A stretch of DNA of 64,000 bases, from the IMG/VR virus record IMGVR_UViG_3300015371_000027, positions 3,072 to 67,071 of that record, one strand, 5' to 3'. This document shows positions 51,487 through 61,055 of the stretch, one piece after another. The notes under the pieces are model-generated. The model saw nothing but the letters and a program-made list of their open reading frames with translations, did not search any database and was not told the origin of the DNA. Each line of letters starts with the position of its first letter. The stretch's first letter is position 1. The position numbers and the translations under genes were made by a program. This DNA is from a virus.

Positions 51487-52090
51487 TGAGTTAATGGAAT
51501 GGAAGAAGTGTACTGAATGCGAAATAGGTAAGACCGCATATAGGCATGTTCTATTTGATACCATTCCTAGACGAAAACATAAAGTGGATATCCTATTTAT
51601 AGGAGAAGGTCCAGGGCAATCAGAAAATACAATAGGTCGTCCATTCGTAGGAAGATCGGGACGACTATTACGGGCCGCTATTAGAAGCGCGAATGAGGAT
51701 ATAGAGCTAGATATAGGTATAGCTAATCTAGTAGCTTGCCGCCCGTGTGATACAATTAGCTCGGGCAACCGACCACCTTCCGACGAAGAGGTTAAAAACT
51801 GCAAAGATAGGCTGCATCTAACTATAAAGCTACTAGAGCCTAAAGTTATAGTAGCTCTAGGTAATGTGCCCGGAAGATGGGTAGAAACCTTTAATAAGGA
51901 ATGGTTACTAACATATCATAAGCTATATCATCCCTCTTTTGTATTGAGAAATGGAGGTACGGGAGGAGTTATGTATAGTAAATATGTAGAGGATATAAAG
52001 GATATTTTAGAAAATGTTAGTAAAGAAAAAGAAAAGTCTGCCGATAATCGAACCTCCATCCCCTCCCTCCGAGTTTTGGAATCTCTATAA
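51467..52090 (+). CDS. Uracil-DNA glycosylase family 4
   Basis: CTEC, FIGEGPG..E...GRPFVGRSG, CRP...NRPP..EE..C, YHPS. Confidence 0.92.
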   Translation: MQKDIFDELMEWKKCTECEIGKTAYRHVLFDTIPRRKHKVDILFIGEGPGQSENTIGRPFVGRSGRLLRAAIRSANEDIELDIGIANLVACRPCDTISSGNRPPSDEEVKNCKDRLHLTIKLLEPKVIVALGNVPGRWVETFNKEWLLTYHKLYHPSFVLRNGGTGGVMYSKYVEDIKDILENVSKEKEKSADNRTSIPSLRVLESL

Positions 52091-53066
52091 AGATGGAGTA
52101 ACTAAATCGTTTATAGAGAGGCTGCTGTCCTGTCCCGAGAAGGGCAGACTAATGATGGTAGAAGGTCTACAGAGTAACGGCTTTCGTCATGCGTTAGAGT
52201 TCGGTAATATTATACATGATGCTCTGGACAAATTATATACCCACGCAAAAGAAACTAAAGTAATTAAATGGGACGTAATGCTAAATCTTGTTCCAGAAGT
52301 GATGAAGGGCATAGAAGCAGAGCAAATAGCGAAGCTAAACTCATTATCTGTTACTCCCCCTTCTTCTCATGAAAATCTGGAAGAGATGTTAGCGGTTGCA
52401 GAAGTACTTCTGGAAGGATACTTCCTTAACTATAAAAGAGATTATAAGAAGTTTAATTGGGTATTTCTGGAAAAGGAGTTTGCTGTTAGGTTCCTTCCCC
52501 GAATATCTCTTGGTGTAGATAGGGACCCTATATGGGTTAGAGGAAAATGGGACGGCGTGTTTCAAACTGAAGGGCAGTTCGACCATCTATGGTTGTTCGA
52601 AACAAAAACGAAGGGGCGAATAGAGCACGATAATATCCTAAGCAAGCTTCATTATGACCTACAGGTTATGCTTTACCTCTGGGCGCTTAGAGCGCAAACA
52701 GGTTATACTCCTAGAGGAGTAGTGTATAATATTCTTCGTCGCCCCATGCATGAGAGAAAGAAGGCAGAGTCACTTCCAGAATTCGCGCAGCGCATTAAAA
52801 AGGACATTAAGAGCAGGCCAGAACATTTCTTCGTAAGGTTCGATGTAAGAATAAATCTCGATGATATGAAGAAGTGGGAAGAGGAGTTTAACAGAATAAT
52901 GCTCTTTGTCATAAGGTGGCATGATGGAGATTACAGATACAAGAACTCCTCTGCTTGTGTCGATGGATTAGGACCCTGCGAGTTCTTACCTATCTGTTCA
53001 AGAGGAGATATGTCCTATTACGTAAAGCGAGAGACTTGCTTTCCAGAATTAAAAGGGCATGAGTAA
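52014..53066 (+). CDS. Cas4/RecB-like PD-(D/E)xK exonuclease
   Basis: CP..., FGNIIHDALD, RGKWDG, FETKT, QVMLY, C....GPCEFLPIC. Confidence 0.85.
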   Translation: MLVKKKKSLPIIEPPSPPSEFWNLYKDGVTKSFIERLLSCPEKGRLMMVEGLQSNGFRHALEFGNIIHDALDKLYTHAKETKVIKWDVMLNLVPEVMKGIEAEQIAKLNSLSVTPPSSHENLEEMLAVAEVLLEGYFLNYKRDYKKFNWVFLEKEFAVRFLPRISLGVDRDPIWVRGKWDGVFQTEGQFDHLWLFETKTKGRIEHDNILSKLHYDLQVMLYLWALRAQTGYTPRGVVYNILRRPMHERKKAESLPEFAQRIKKDIKSRPEHFFVRFDVRINLDDMKKWEEEFNRIMLFVIRWHDGDYRYKNSSACVDGLGPCEFLPICSRGDMSYYVKRETCFPELKGHE

Positions 53067-53234
53067 ATGAGTAAGCGTAGTACTACACAGCAAAAGTTTT
53101 ACGAAATTGAAAAATCACTAGCTCTTGCTCTCTTCCATCTTCAGGAAGATGAGCCAGGTCAAGCAAAGGAAGAAATAGCTAAAGCAAAAAAGATAGCTAA
53201 TTACTACGCAAACGAACAAGTGAAGTGAAACAAT

Positions 53235-53450
53235 ATGCACAAAGGAAAAGTTAAGTGGTTCAATAAAGCAAAGGGTTATGGGTTTATCGTAAACGAATCT
53301 CTGGAAAAAGATGTATTCGTGCATTATAAACATATAAATTCTGATAACCCAGATGAGTATTTATATCTAAAAGAAGGGCAGGAAGTGGAGTTTTCTTATA
53401 GAGAGAAAGATGATGGTAAGTTAGAAGCAACAAAGGTAATAAGAAAATGA
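53235..53450 (+). CDS. Cold-shock domain protein
   Basis: [15 protein letters not shown]...DVFVHY (RNP1/RNP2). Confidence 0.95.
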   Translation: MHKGKVKWFNKAKGYGFIVNESLEKDVFVHYKHINSDNPDEYLYLKEGQEVEFSYREKDDGKLEATKVIRK

Positions 53451-53677
53451 TAAAGACGTATCTAGAATACGATATGCTAGAAAGGGATGAAAACTTTAAG
53501 TCTCAATGGAATATGCTAAATGGAGCAGGAGGAGTAGCTGACTCTAGTCTTCCAGAGTTTCTTACTTACCTTAATAAAACAGAAGGGTGGCAAGTAGTAA
53601 GTATGACTGACACTAGGATTCTTCTAGTGAGAGAGGTGCTTTTGGAGGCTAGAGAAGGAACTAGCCGCTATGAGTAG
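53447..53677 (+). CDS. Hypothetical protein
   Basis: 76 aa, ATGA-coupled to cold-shock gene. Confidence 0.55.
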   Translation: MIKTYLEYDMLERDENFKSQWNMLNGAGGVADSSLPEFLTYLNKTEGWQVVSMTDTRILLVREVLLEAREGTSRYE

Positions 53678-53689
53678 AATCTATAAAGT

Positions 53690-54496
53690 ATGAGAAGATC
53701 AGATAAGCCGGAGGTATCGCTGCCTACAAAGAAAAGCGAACCCATCAAAACGCCTGGAGAAACTATTACCTTTCTATTCGGGGAACCGAAGATCGGTAAA
53801 ACATCACTTGCATCTCAATTTGAAGATGCATTATTCTTAATGTTCGAGCCCGGAGGTAAAGGACTACGTATATACCAAGAACCCGTAACTACATGGGCAG
53901 AGTTTATTGCTTATGTTGATTTGATAGAGAAAGATAAGCAGTTCAAAACAGTAGTAGTCGATATCATCGACAAGTGCTATAAACGTTGTTCTGATACTGT
54001 ATGTAAGGAAGCAGGAATTAAACATCCTTCTGACATGCCGTACAGTAAAGGATGGGACCTCGTGCAGAACGAGTTTACCAAACAGATAGATAGGCTTACA
54101 GCTAGAAAAGGAGTTGTGTTTATAAGCCATGCAACCATAAGAGATATTCCTACCAGAACTGGTAGAATCTATTCCAGAATTGAACCGACAATTTCTGGAA
54201 AAGCAGGACAGTATGTTATCGGTATTTCCAATATCCTAGCTTTCTACGGGTATTACGGGGACACTAGATATATTACTGTCCAAGGATCAGATGAAGTCCA
54301 GGCAGGAACTCAACTAGATGAGAACTTCTGGACTTCTAGTAAGAAGAAGCGTGTTCATTCTATATCTGTAGGGGAAAACAAGCAAGATGCGTATGAGAAC
54401 TTCGTGAAAGCGTTTAAGAACGAACAAAAGGATGAAAATAATCCTGCGAAGAAAGCTGTTATCACACCTACCAGACAGAAGATCGGAAAGCGTTAA
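53690..54496 (+). CDS. Sak4-like AAA ATPase / recombinase
   Basis: FGEPKIGKTSLA, TVVVDII, VVFISHA; between exonuclease and SSB. Confidence 0.82.
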   Translation: MRRSDKPEVSLPTKKSEPIKTPGETITFLFGEPKIGKTSLASQFEDALFLMFEPGGKGLRIYQEPVTTWAEFIAYVDLIEKDKQFKTVVVDIIDKCYKRCSDTVCKEAGIKHPSDMPYSKGWDLVQNEFTKQIDRLTARKGVVFISHATIRDIPTRTGRIYSRIEPTISGKAGQYVIGISNILAFYGYYGDTRYITVQGSDEVQAGTQLDENFWTSSKKKRVHSISVGENKQDAYENFVKAFKNEQKDENNPAKKAVITPTRQKIGKR

Positions 54497-54513
54497 CAGG
54501 AGAAAGTAGAACC

Positions 54514-55359
54514 ATGAAGACCAAGATGAAGAACAAGCCCGTTGTTGAAGAGAAGAATGGAAAGATGAAGAAGAGTAAAGATCAGGAAGAAGAACCGAGT
54601 CGCTTTAATCTTAACAAGTTTGTTAAGAAGGGTAAGGAAGTATGGACGGCTGCTGCTCAGGCTGCTAAAAAGAACTCTACCATTAATCTCGATCCGGGCG
54701 ATTATATCGGACGAGTTAATAAGCTTCAAGTTAAGGAATATGAGAAGAAAGGCGAAACGCAGTATCTCGCTATTTGGGGACTGACAGTTATCGAAGGTAA
54801 GGAAGCAGGGAACTCCTGCGATAAGCTTGCCGGTCTTAACGATGAAAGAGGAAGAGAGTTCTTCCTTCGTGATCTAGGAAGATTTGGTTACGATCCTGAG
54901 GAAGTAATTGATAACCTCGAAGAAGTATGTGAGGCGTTTGCAAAGGATCAACCTGTAATCCAATTCCGAGTCGTTCCTAATAAAGATAATCCCGAATACG
55001 TTAATATTTACTTCCAGAAATATATCGAGGATTACGAGGAAGATGAAAAGGACGAAGACGAAGACTCCGACGAAGATGAGGATGAAGACGAAGAAGACGA
55101 GAAGGACGAAAAGGAAGACGATGAGGACGAAGAAAACGATAGCGAAGATGAGGACGAAGAAGATAGCGAAGACGAGGAAGACGAGGGAGAGCTAGAAATC
55201 GGCTCTATGGTAGAGTTTGAACATGAGGGAGAAGACCTTCAGGGTAAGGTAGTCTCCATCAATGAGAAGGACGAAGTAGCAAAGGTTAAGGTTAAGTCTC
55301 TCGGAAAGTCGCTTATGGTTCCCATCGAGGAGCTAACCCTACTTTCTGAAGAGGACTAA
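54514..55359 (+). CDS. Single-stranded DNA-binding protein (DUF669-like) with acidic tract
   Basis: LDPGDYIGRV OB-fold start; long D/E tract; follows Sak4. Confidence 0.65.
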   Translation: MKTKMKNKPVVEEKNGKMKKSKDQEEEPSRFNLNKFVKKGKEVWTAAAQAAKKNSTINLDPGDYIGRVNKLQVKEYEKKGETQYLAIWGLTVIEGKEAGNSCDKLAGLNDERGREFFLRDLGRFGYDPEEVIDNLEEVCEAFAKDQPVIQFRVVPNKDNPEYVNIYFQKYIEDYEEDEKDEDEDSDEDEDEDEEDEKDEKEDDEDEENDSEDEDEEDSEDEEDEGELEIGSMVEFEHEGEDLQGKVVSINEKDEVAKVKVKSLGKSLMVPIEELTLLSEED

Positions 55360-55396
55360 AGGGTTAGGTCGGAGCACTAAAACTCCGGTCTAGCAA

Positions 55397-55440
55397 AGGG
55401 GAGTCTAGTCTATCATTAGCTAGACTCCCCTCTTTATTTC
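55397..55440 (+). terminator. Intrinsic terminator
   Basis: AGGGGAGTCTAG...CTAGACTCCCCT followed by CTTTATTT. Confidence 0.72.
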
Positions 55441-55464
55441 TACTTTACCTTAAAGGAAACTTAA

Positions 55465-55731
55465 ATGAGTAATACAGTAGATTTAGGTAATGGTCATAGG
55501 ATAGAATTCACTAGAGATAATCTAGGTGATAATGCTGGTTTAATTCACTACCATCCCCGCCCGGATGGACAGGGAGAATGTGCGGGCGCCATCACGTTCC
55601 GCGGGCGCGGCTCCGGGCAGCCGGAGTGGGATTTAGTTTCATTAGAGCCATTGACTGCTACACCATCTCTTTTATGTGGAATCTGTGGTAGTCACGGATT
55701 CATTCGTGATGGAAAATGGGTCGATGTTTAA
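55465..55731 (+). CDS. DUF6527-like Cys/His protein
   Basis: W......LT.TPSLLCGICGSHGFIRDGKW. Confidence 0.65.
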   Translation: MSNTVDLGNGHRIEFTRDNLGDNAGLIHYHPRPDGQGECAGAITFRGRGSGQPEWDLVSLEPLTATPSLLCGICGSHGFIRDGKWVDV

Positions 55732-55976
55732 TGTCTAAAAGTCGTACTCTTTATACATTAAAAGCTGGACTTAATCAGGGTAATGTTATATATGTAAAGA
55801 AGTCCGAACTCCCTGTGATTAAGAAGTATGAGAAGTTCTTAAAGCGTAAACCAAAGATGTTATCTCTGGATAATAGAGGTAGACCTAAATATAGTGAGAA
55901 GGACGAGAAATACATTAAAGCCGACCCGGAGTTACTAGCTTATGTAAAACGACTAGGAGTTCAATTAGATGAGTAA
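55716..55976 (+). CDS. Hypothetical basic protein
   Basis: 86 aa coupled ORF. Confidence 0.5.
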   Translation: MGRCLMSKSRTLYTLKAGLNQGNVIYVKKSELPVIKKYEKFLKRKPKMLSLDNRGRPKYSEKDEKYIKADPELLAYVKRLGVQLDE

Positions 55977-56409
55977 CCGTAATTATATGCTAGATATAAT
56001 AGCCGAATTCGATGAAAAGAAATATAAATGTAAACCTACCAAAACTAGACTGACTAAAAAGCAGATTCTAGAGATTAGAAGTTTCTCTCCAGAGATAACC
56101 GATACAGTTCTCTCTCGCAGATATAAAGTCAACAGGCATTACATAGGCAGGATTCGTAGAGGACAAGAACGTAAGAATATCGGCGGAAAGGTTATCAGGC
56201 GATTAAGAGTTTATGGTGGTAGTTCAGGCGAGTTTCGCAAACTTCGTTATAGATTAGAGCTAACTCAAAAGGAACTCGCAAAGATAATGCATGTGTGTAT
56301 ATACACTATAGTTAAATACGAATCAGGAGTTTGTCCCATTCCGCTATATAGATGGGAGAAAATAAATGAGCTTGTTCAATCCAAAGAAGCTTCTAGTAAT
56401 AGACACTGA
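55969..56409 (+). CDS. Double HTH protein (C-terminal XRE-type)
   Basis: LTKKQILEIR...LSRRYKVNR and LRYRLELTQKELAKIMHV...VKYESG. Confidence 0.75.
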   Translation: MSNRNYMLDIIAEFDEKKYKCKPTKTRLTKKQILEIRSFSPEITDTVLSRRYKVNRHYIGRIRRGQERKNIGGKVIRRLRVYGGSSGEFRKLRYRLELTQKELAKIMHVCIYTIVKYESGVCPIPLYRWEKINELVQSKEASSNRH

Positions 56410-58498
56410 ATGCTCAGGTTTAAGACCCTGGCATGGGGATATGCCTTTTGCCTTTCCTCTGTGTGATGAAAATGGAAACAAGAAGTATATAGAATGGGAT
56501 GTTGATCCTATCTCCAGAATTCCTATCGCCAAACCTGATGAACTGGAATTTCTGAAAGAGATAATGGATAGTAAAATACCGAAGGTCTTCTTCAACGCAA
56601 AATATGACGTGCGTATGATGGCGACCTTCGGTATATTTGTCCGAGGCTATATACACGATGTTTCTATCGCCGCTAGGATAAGCTACACATTAGAGCTAGT
56701 CAACGCTCTGAAGCCTCTTGCCTGGAAGTACGCCCGGTATCCTATGGACGACCAGAAGGACCTACAGAAAGCAGTTAATCACTGTAGGAGGATAGCAAAG
56801 AAAGAGTTAGGATGGAATATAGGCTCTAGCCCGGCTATGGATTACTGGTTGCCTAGAGCCTTACATAAAGCGGGCTATCCTGTCGATCCTAAAGCCTGCT
56901 CCCGATATGCTTTAGGAGATGTAGAAAGAACTCTGATCCTTCATTATATGTATAAGGAGATAATGGAAAATGATCCATATCTTCTCAATACGTATAGAAT
57001 GGAAATGGAGGAGCTATGGCCCATCGTATATAAGATGGAGGAGAGAGGCATACGTATTCATCCAGAGATAGCGAAGGCAAAGCAGAAAGAGCAGGGAGAA
57101 ATTCTGGTAAGAGAGTTAGCAGAGATAAGGAGATTGGTAGGTGATCCGAAGTTTAACCCTAACTCTCATATACAATTAAAGAAGAAGCTGTTCGGTCCTA
57201 AGTCCGAAGGTGGTCTAGAGTTACCGATCCTTAAATACACTACCAGTAAAAAGAAGCGCGGAGCTAAGGTTAAGACAGATAACCCGTCTACCGAAGCTGA
57301 TATCTTAAAGAAGTTTGTAGATACTCCTCTCGTTCGCCATATTCTATACTTCAAATCTGCTTCACATTCCAAGAGTCAGTTCTTCGATAAGATCAATGAA
57401 CTAATGGTTGCTGATATAAACCATTACGTTTATTGTATTCACCATAATCTCCAGCAATGTGATACGGCAACGGGCCGCACGTCCTCTAGAGACCCTAACC
57501 TACAAAACCAGCAGAACGCCGACACAAGCGCCAAGAGCTTCGTAGCTGTTCAGACGCGAGATTGCTTCGGCCCGCGCCCAGGTTATGTATGGATTAAGAT
57601 AGATTGGGCGCAACAAGAGATTAGAATCTTTGGAGAATGTGCTAATATCCAGAGCATCTACGATGCTGCTATCTCTGGAAGAGATATTAATGATGATAAT
57701 ACTAACCTCGCCTGGGGCGGTAAAGATAATCCTTATGCTCTACAAGCCGCCGCTTACGCTCTAGAGTTAGGAAATACAGAGATAGTTGAACGAGCAGAGC
57801 AAATACATAAAGATAAAGTTCTAATCTCTAATCTCTGGAAAGAACTAGGATGGTCTAGAAAACACGTTGAGAAGTATGGAGCATCAAGTGATGCAGCCTT
57901 CACCATTGCAGATGAGTGGCTTTCCAGATTTGACTATGATATTGTTAAAGCTGAAAAGAGTATTGGTAAAAAGGCTAGTCGAACCAGGGCAAAGAACTGC
58001 TTTTATGCCAAGATTTACGGAGGTGGTGCTGAAGCAGTTATGTATATGCTTTACTGTCCCAGAGATGAGGCAGCAGAGTTCTTATCCCAATTCGATGATA
58101 TTTTTCCTGGGATTAACAGGTATTCCCGTTACCTCTCGAACAAAACGAAACGCGATGGTTTTGTCATTACTAAATACGGACGGAAGCTTAGTGTTGACCC
58201 TGATTTTGCGTATCGCTCCGTTAATTATGAAGTCCAGGGCACCGCTGCTGATATGTGTAAACGGTCGATTATTCGATGTGACTCAAAGATTAAGGAAGTC
58301 GGATGGGACGCCCATATTCTATTACCTGTCCACGATGAGTTAATATTCGAAGTGAAGGAAGGACAGGACGATCTGGAGTTCTGTCGAACAATGGCTAACA
58401 TAATGAGAGATACAGAAGGTCGCCTGGAAATCCCTATGGAAGTAGAGGTTACTAGGGCTAGAACGTACTGGCATGAGAAAGAAGAAGTAAAAATATAA
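56366..58498 (+). CDS. polA: Family A DNA polymerase with 3'-5' exonuclease
   Basis: IDTE, NAKYD, YALGD exonuclease motifs; TGRTSSRDPNLQN; motif A DWAQQEIR; motif B RTRAKNCFYAKIYG; motif C VHDEL. Confidence 0.95.
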   Translation: MSLFNPKKLLVIDTECSGLRPWHGDMPFAFPLCDENGNKKYIEWDVDPISRIPIAKPDELEFLKEIMDSKIPKVFFNAKYDVRMMATFGIFVRGYIHDVSIAARISYTLELVNALKPLAWKYARYPMDDQKDLQKAVNHCRRIAKKELGWNIGSSPAMDYWLPRALHKAGYPVDPKACSRYALGDVERTLILHYMYKEIMENDPYLLNTYRMEMEELWPIVYKMEERGIRIHPEIAKAKQKEQGEILVRELAEIRRLVGDPKFNPNSHIQLKKKLFGPKSEGGLELPILKYTTSKKKRGAKVKTDNPSTEADILKKFVDTPLVRHILYFKSASHSKSQFFDKINELMVADINHYVYCIHHNLQQCDTATGRTSSRDPNLQNQQNADTSAKSFVAVQTRDCFGPRPGYVWIKIDWAQQEIRIFGECANIQSIYDAAISGRDINDDNTNLAWGGKDNPYALQAAAYALELGNTEIVERAEQIHKDKVLISNLWKELGWSRKHVEKYGASSDAAFTIADEWLSRFDYDIVKAEKSIGKKASRTRAKNCFYAKIYGGGAEAVMYMLYCPRDEAAEFLSQFDDIFPGINRYSRYLSNKTKRDGFVITKYGRKLSVDPDFAYRSVNYEVQGTAADMCKRSIIRCDSKIKEVGWDAHILLPVHDELIFEVKEGQDDLEFCRTMANIMRDTEGRLEIPMEVEVTRARTYWHEKEEVKI

Positions 58499-58559
58499 GT
58501 CAGGCCGCTTATAGGGCGTAATAAAGGATACCCTAATGATAAAACAGAGGTAGGCAGTA

Positions 58560-60809
58560 ATGCCGAAATCTAAAGTAGATAGAAACTATCTTCCAGTATT
58601 TGAGAAGCTAGGATTTGATCCTGTAGGAGAATCAGGAGGAAATCATTATGGCGACTGTCCCTTCTGCGGAAAGTCAAATAAGTTTTACGTTAACAGAACA
58701 ACAGGACAATACCAGTGCAAATCTGCGTCTTGCGGTAGTGAAGGGAATATCTATAACTTCCTTAACCAGAGCTATGAAATGCTATGGGAGAATCATGCTT
58801 CGTTCCCCTGGGAGGACTTATCCGAACACAAGAATATTTCTGTAGAACTCCTTAAACATCATGGTCTAGTATACGAACATGGGCAATGGATTATACCAGT
58901 TCGTAATGAGAAAGGAACGATGGTAAATCTCCTATTCTATGATCCTCAGGCTAAGAAACCGAAGCCTATGGGGTTAACAGGAATGGGACAATACCTTATC
59001 GGGCTAGACCTATTACATAAATACGATCCAAAATGTCCGATATACTTAACCGAGGGAAAATGGGATCAGATATGTTTGCAGGAATTATTAGGAACAAAGG
59101 GAGTTGCGATAGGAGTACCAGGAGCTAACTCTTTCAGAGATGAATGGATCAAACCCCTGGAAGGTAGGAATGTTGTTATCTGTTATGATAACGACATAGA
59201 TGGGGAGAAAGGAGGAACGAAGGCTGCTAGTAAACTCTTGAATATCTGTCCTAAAGTTAAGAAGATATACTGGCCCGAAGGATTACCCGACGGGTTTGAT
59301 ATACGAGACTTCTATAAATCAGGACAGCCTCTCAAAGAGTTAAAGAAGTTCATCAAGAAGTTTCGTCCAGAAGATGATCTATCTCTGGAAGAAGTAGCTG
59401 AAGGTAATCCTATAGATGAATACCCTCTGCTCTCTTCCGGTAAGAGACCACCTCTGGAAGAAATAATAGACATATATAGAAAGTATCTCTTCTTTACCCA
59501 AACCCTTATAGACGCTCTGCGTTGTATATTCGCAGTAGTCATATCTAATCAATTAGAGGGATGCCCATTATGGTTATTCATTGCTGGACCGCCCGGATAT
59601 GGGAAAAGCGAGCTACTAACTTCTACTTCAGAAGTAACCTGCTGCGTCAACAGATCGACGGTAAGTCGTCCTACGTTAGTATCAGGATGGAAGGTCGGGA
59701 AAGACCCTAGCCTTATCCCTAAACTTATAGGGAAAACCCTGATACTTAAGGACTTCACCGAAGTTCTACAGATGGGTAAACAACAAAAGGAAGAAGTATA
59801 TGCTGTTCTCCGAGGGGCATTTGATGGTAAAGTAGAGAGAGATTTTGGCTCCGGTATTATGAGAGAATACACGGGTCAATTTACTATGGCAGCAGGTGTT
59901 ACGAATGTTCTCTTTGCGGAAAGTAATACTACAATGGGAGAGCGGTCATTAACATTTCGCCTTCCAGAGATGAACTCGGAGCACGAGAACATCCTGATTA
60001 CTGCCGCCATATCCAATTCTGGAAAGCAAGTAATGATGAAAGAGGTACTCCATAAAGCGGCTAAATCTTTCTTAGAGTATAAGATAAAGGAAGAGGATTA
60101 CCCATTAATACCAGTAGATTATGTCTTAAAGATCGTAGCTCTTTCCAGAGTTGTCGCCTACCTTCGGGCGGCGGTAGATCGGGACCCGTATAAGGACACT
60201 ATTTTATATCAGCCCATGCATGAGTTAGGGAGTAGGATTGCTATACAGTTACATAAATTAATGGTAGCACTTGCTCTCCAGAGATACCCGGCAGAGGTGA
60301 CAGAAGATGACTTTCGCGTAATAAGAAAAGTAGCTCTAGATAGTTGTTCGGAATGGAACCTTAAGATCATTAATGTGTTAGTAGAGAGAGATGGTCTAGA
60401 CCTTAATGAGATAGCTAAATTACTCGCTACTCCTAAAACAACGGTTAAGCTACATGTGGATGATCTAGTTCTCCTTAAGGTTATAAGAGTCGAGACACAT
60501 AAAACAGGAGAGATAGGTCGTCCTGTTAGTCATTATTACCTGGAAGAAGAGATTAAAGATTTATGGGTAAAAGCGGGATTCGAAATTAAAACTACCGCTC
60601 CTATAGAAGTAGAAGTTAAGAATGATCTTAACGGGCATGTTACTCCTATAGAGCCTATTACTTTAGCGAAGAAATTTAAGATTAAGAAGAAGGTCAACCC
60701 TAATGGCAATCACACACCCGAACCCGATAACTCTGGAAGAAAAGATAACCAGGCTCCAAGAATTAGAATCAAAAGGATGGATAAAGGATTTAGAAAGAAT
60801 AAGATTTGA
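58560..60809 (+). CDS. Primase-helicase fusion (Zn finger, TOPRIM, AAA+ ATPase, wHTH)
   Basis: CPFC..CKSASC; TEGKWD; YDNDIDG; GPPGYGKS; ILKDF; C-terminal HTH. Confidence 0.85.
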   Translation: MPKSKVDRNYLPVFEKLGFDPVGESGGNHYGDCPFCGKSNKFYVNRTTGQYQCKSASCGSEGNIYNFLNQSYEMLWENHASFPWEDLSEHKNISVELLKHHGLVYEHGQWIIPVRNEKGTMVNLLFYDPQAKKPKPMGLTGMGQYLIGLDLLHKYDPKCPIYLTEGKWDQICLQELLGTKGVAIGVPGANSFRDEWIKPLEGRNVVICYDNDIDGEKGGTKAASKLLNICPKVKKIYWPEGLPDGFDIRDFYKSGQPLKELKKFIKKFRPEDDLSLEEVAEGNPIDEYPLLSSGKRPPLEEIIDIYRKYLFFTQTLIDALRCIFAVVISNQLEGCPLWLFIAGPPGYGKSELLTSTSEVTCCVNRSTVSRPTLVSGWKVGKDPSLIPKLIGKTLILKDFTEVLQMGKQQKEEVYAVLRGAFDGKVERDFGSGIMREYTGQFTMAAGVTNVLFAESNTTMGERSLTFRLPEMNSEHENILITAAISNSGKQVMMKEVLHKAAKSFLEYKIKEEDYPLIPVDYVLKIVALSRVVAYLRAAVDRDPYKDTILYQPMHELGSRIAIQLHKLMVALALQRYPAEVTEDDFRVIRKVALDSCSEWNLKIINVLVERDGLDLNEIAKLLATPKTTVKLHVDDLVLLKVIRVETHKTGEIGRPVSHYYLEEEIKDLWVKAGFEIKTTAPIEVEVKNDLNGHVTPIEPITLAKKFKIKKKVNPNGNHTPEPDNSGRKDNQAPRIRIKRMDKGFRKNKI

Positions 60810-61053
60810 GATACCATTCCCGTATATAAGAGACCAAATAGCAGATATAATAGACCGTATTACTGTATCTTGCATGAGAGAGAAGGTACAGCCTGCTATA
60901 TGTATCTCCGTTCCCGAGGGAGTAGATTCTTTTGCCCTTAATAACGCTATAAACAATATAGCACAGAAGATGGCGGTAGATGGGATGAAGGGACATATGG
61001 AAGAGTTACAGAAAGATAGCAGTAAGATAGACCAGCTACAGGAGAAGAAATAA
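60703..61053 (+). CDS. Hypothetical protein
   Basis: 116 aa; overlaps helicase tail. Confidence 0.5.
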   Translation: MAITHPNPITLEEKITRLQELESKGWIKDLERIRFEIPFPYIRDQIADIIDRITVSCMREKVQPAICISVPEGVDSFALNNAINNIAQKMAVDGMKGHMEELQKDSSKIDQLQEKK

Positions 61054-61055
61054 AG

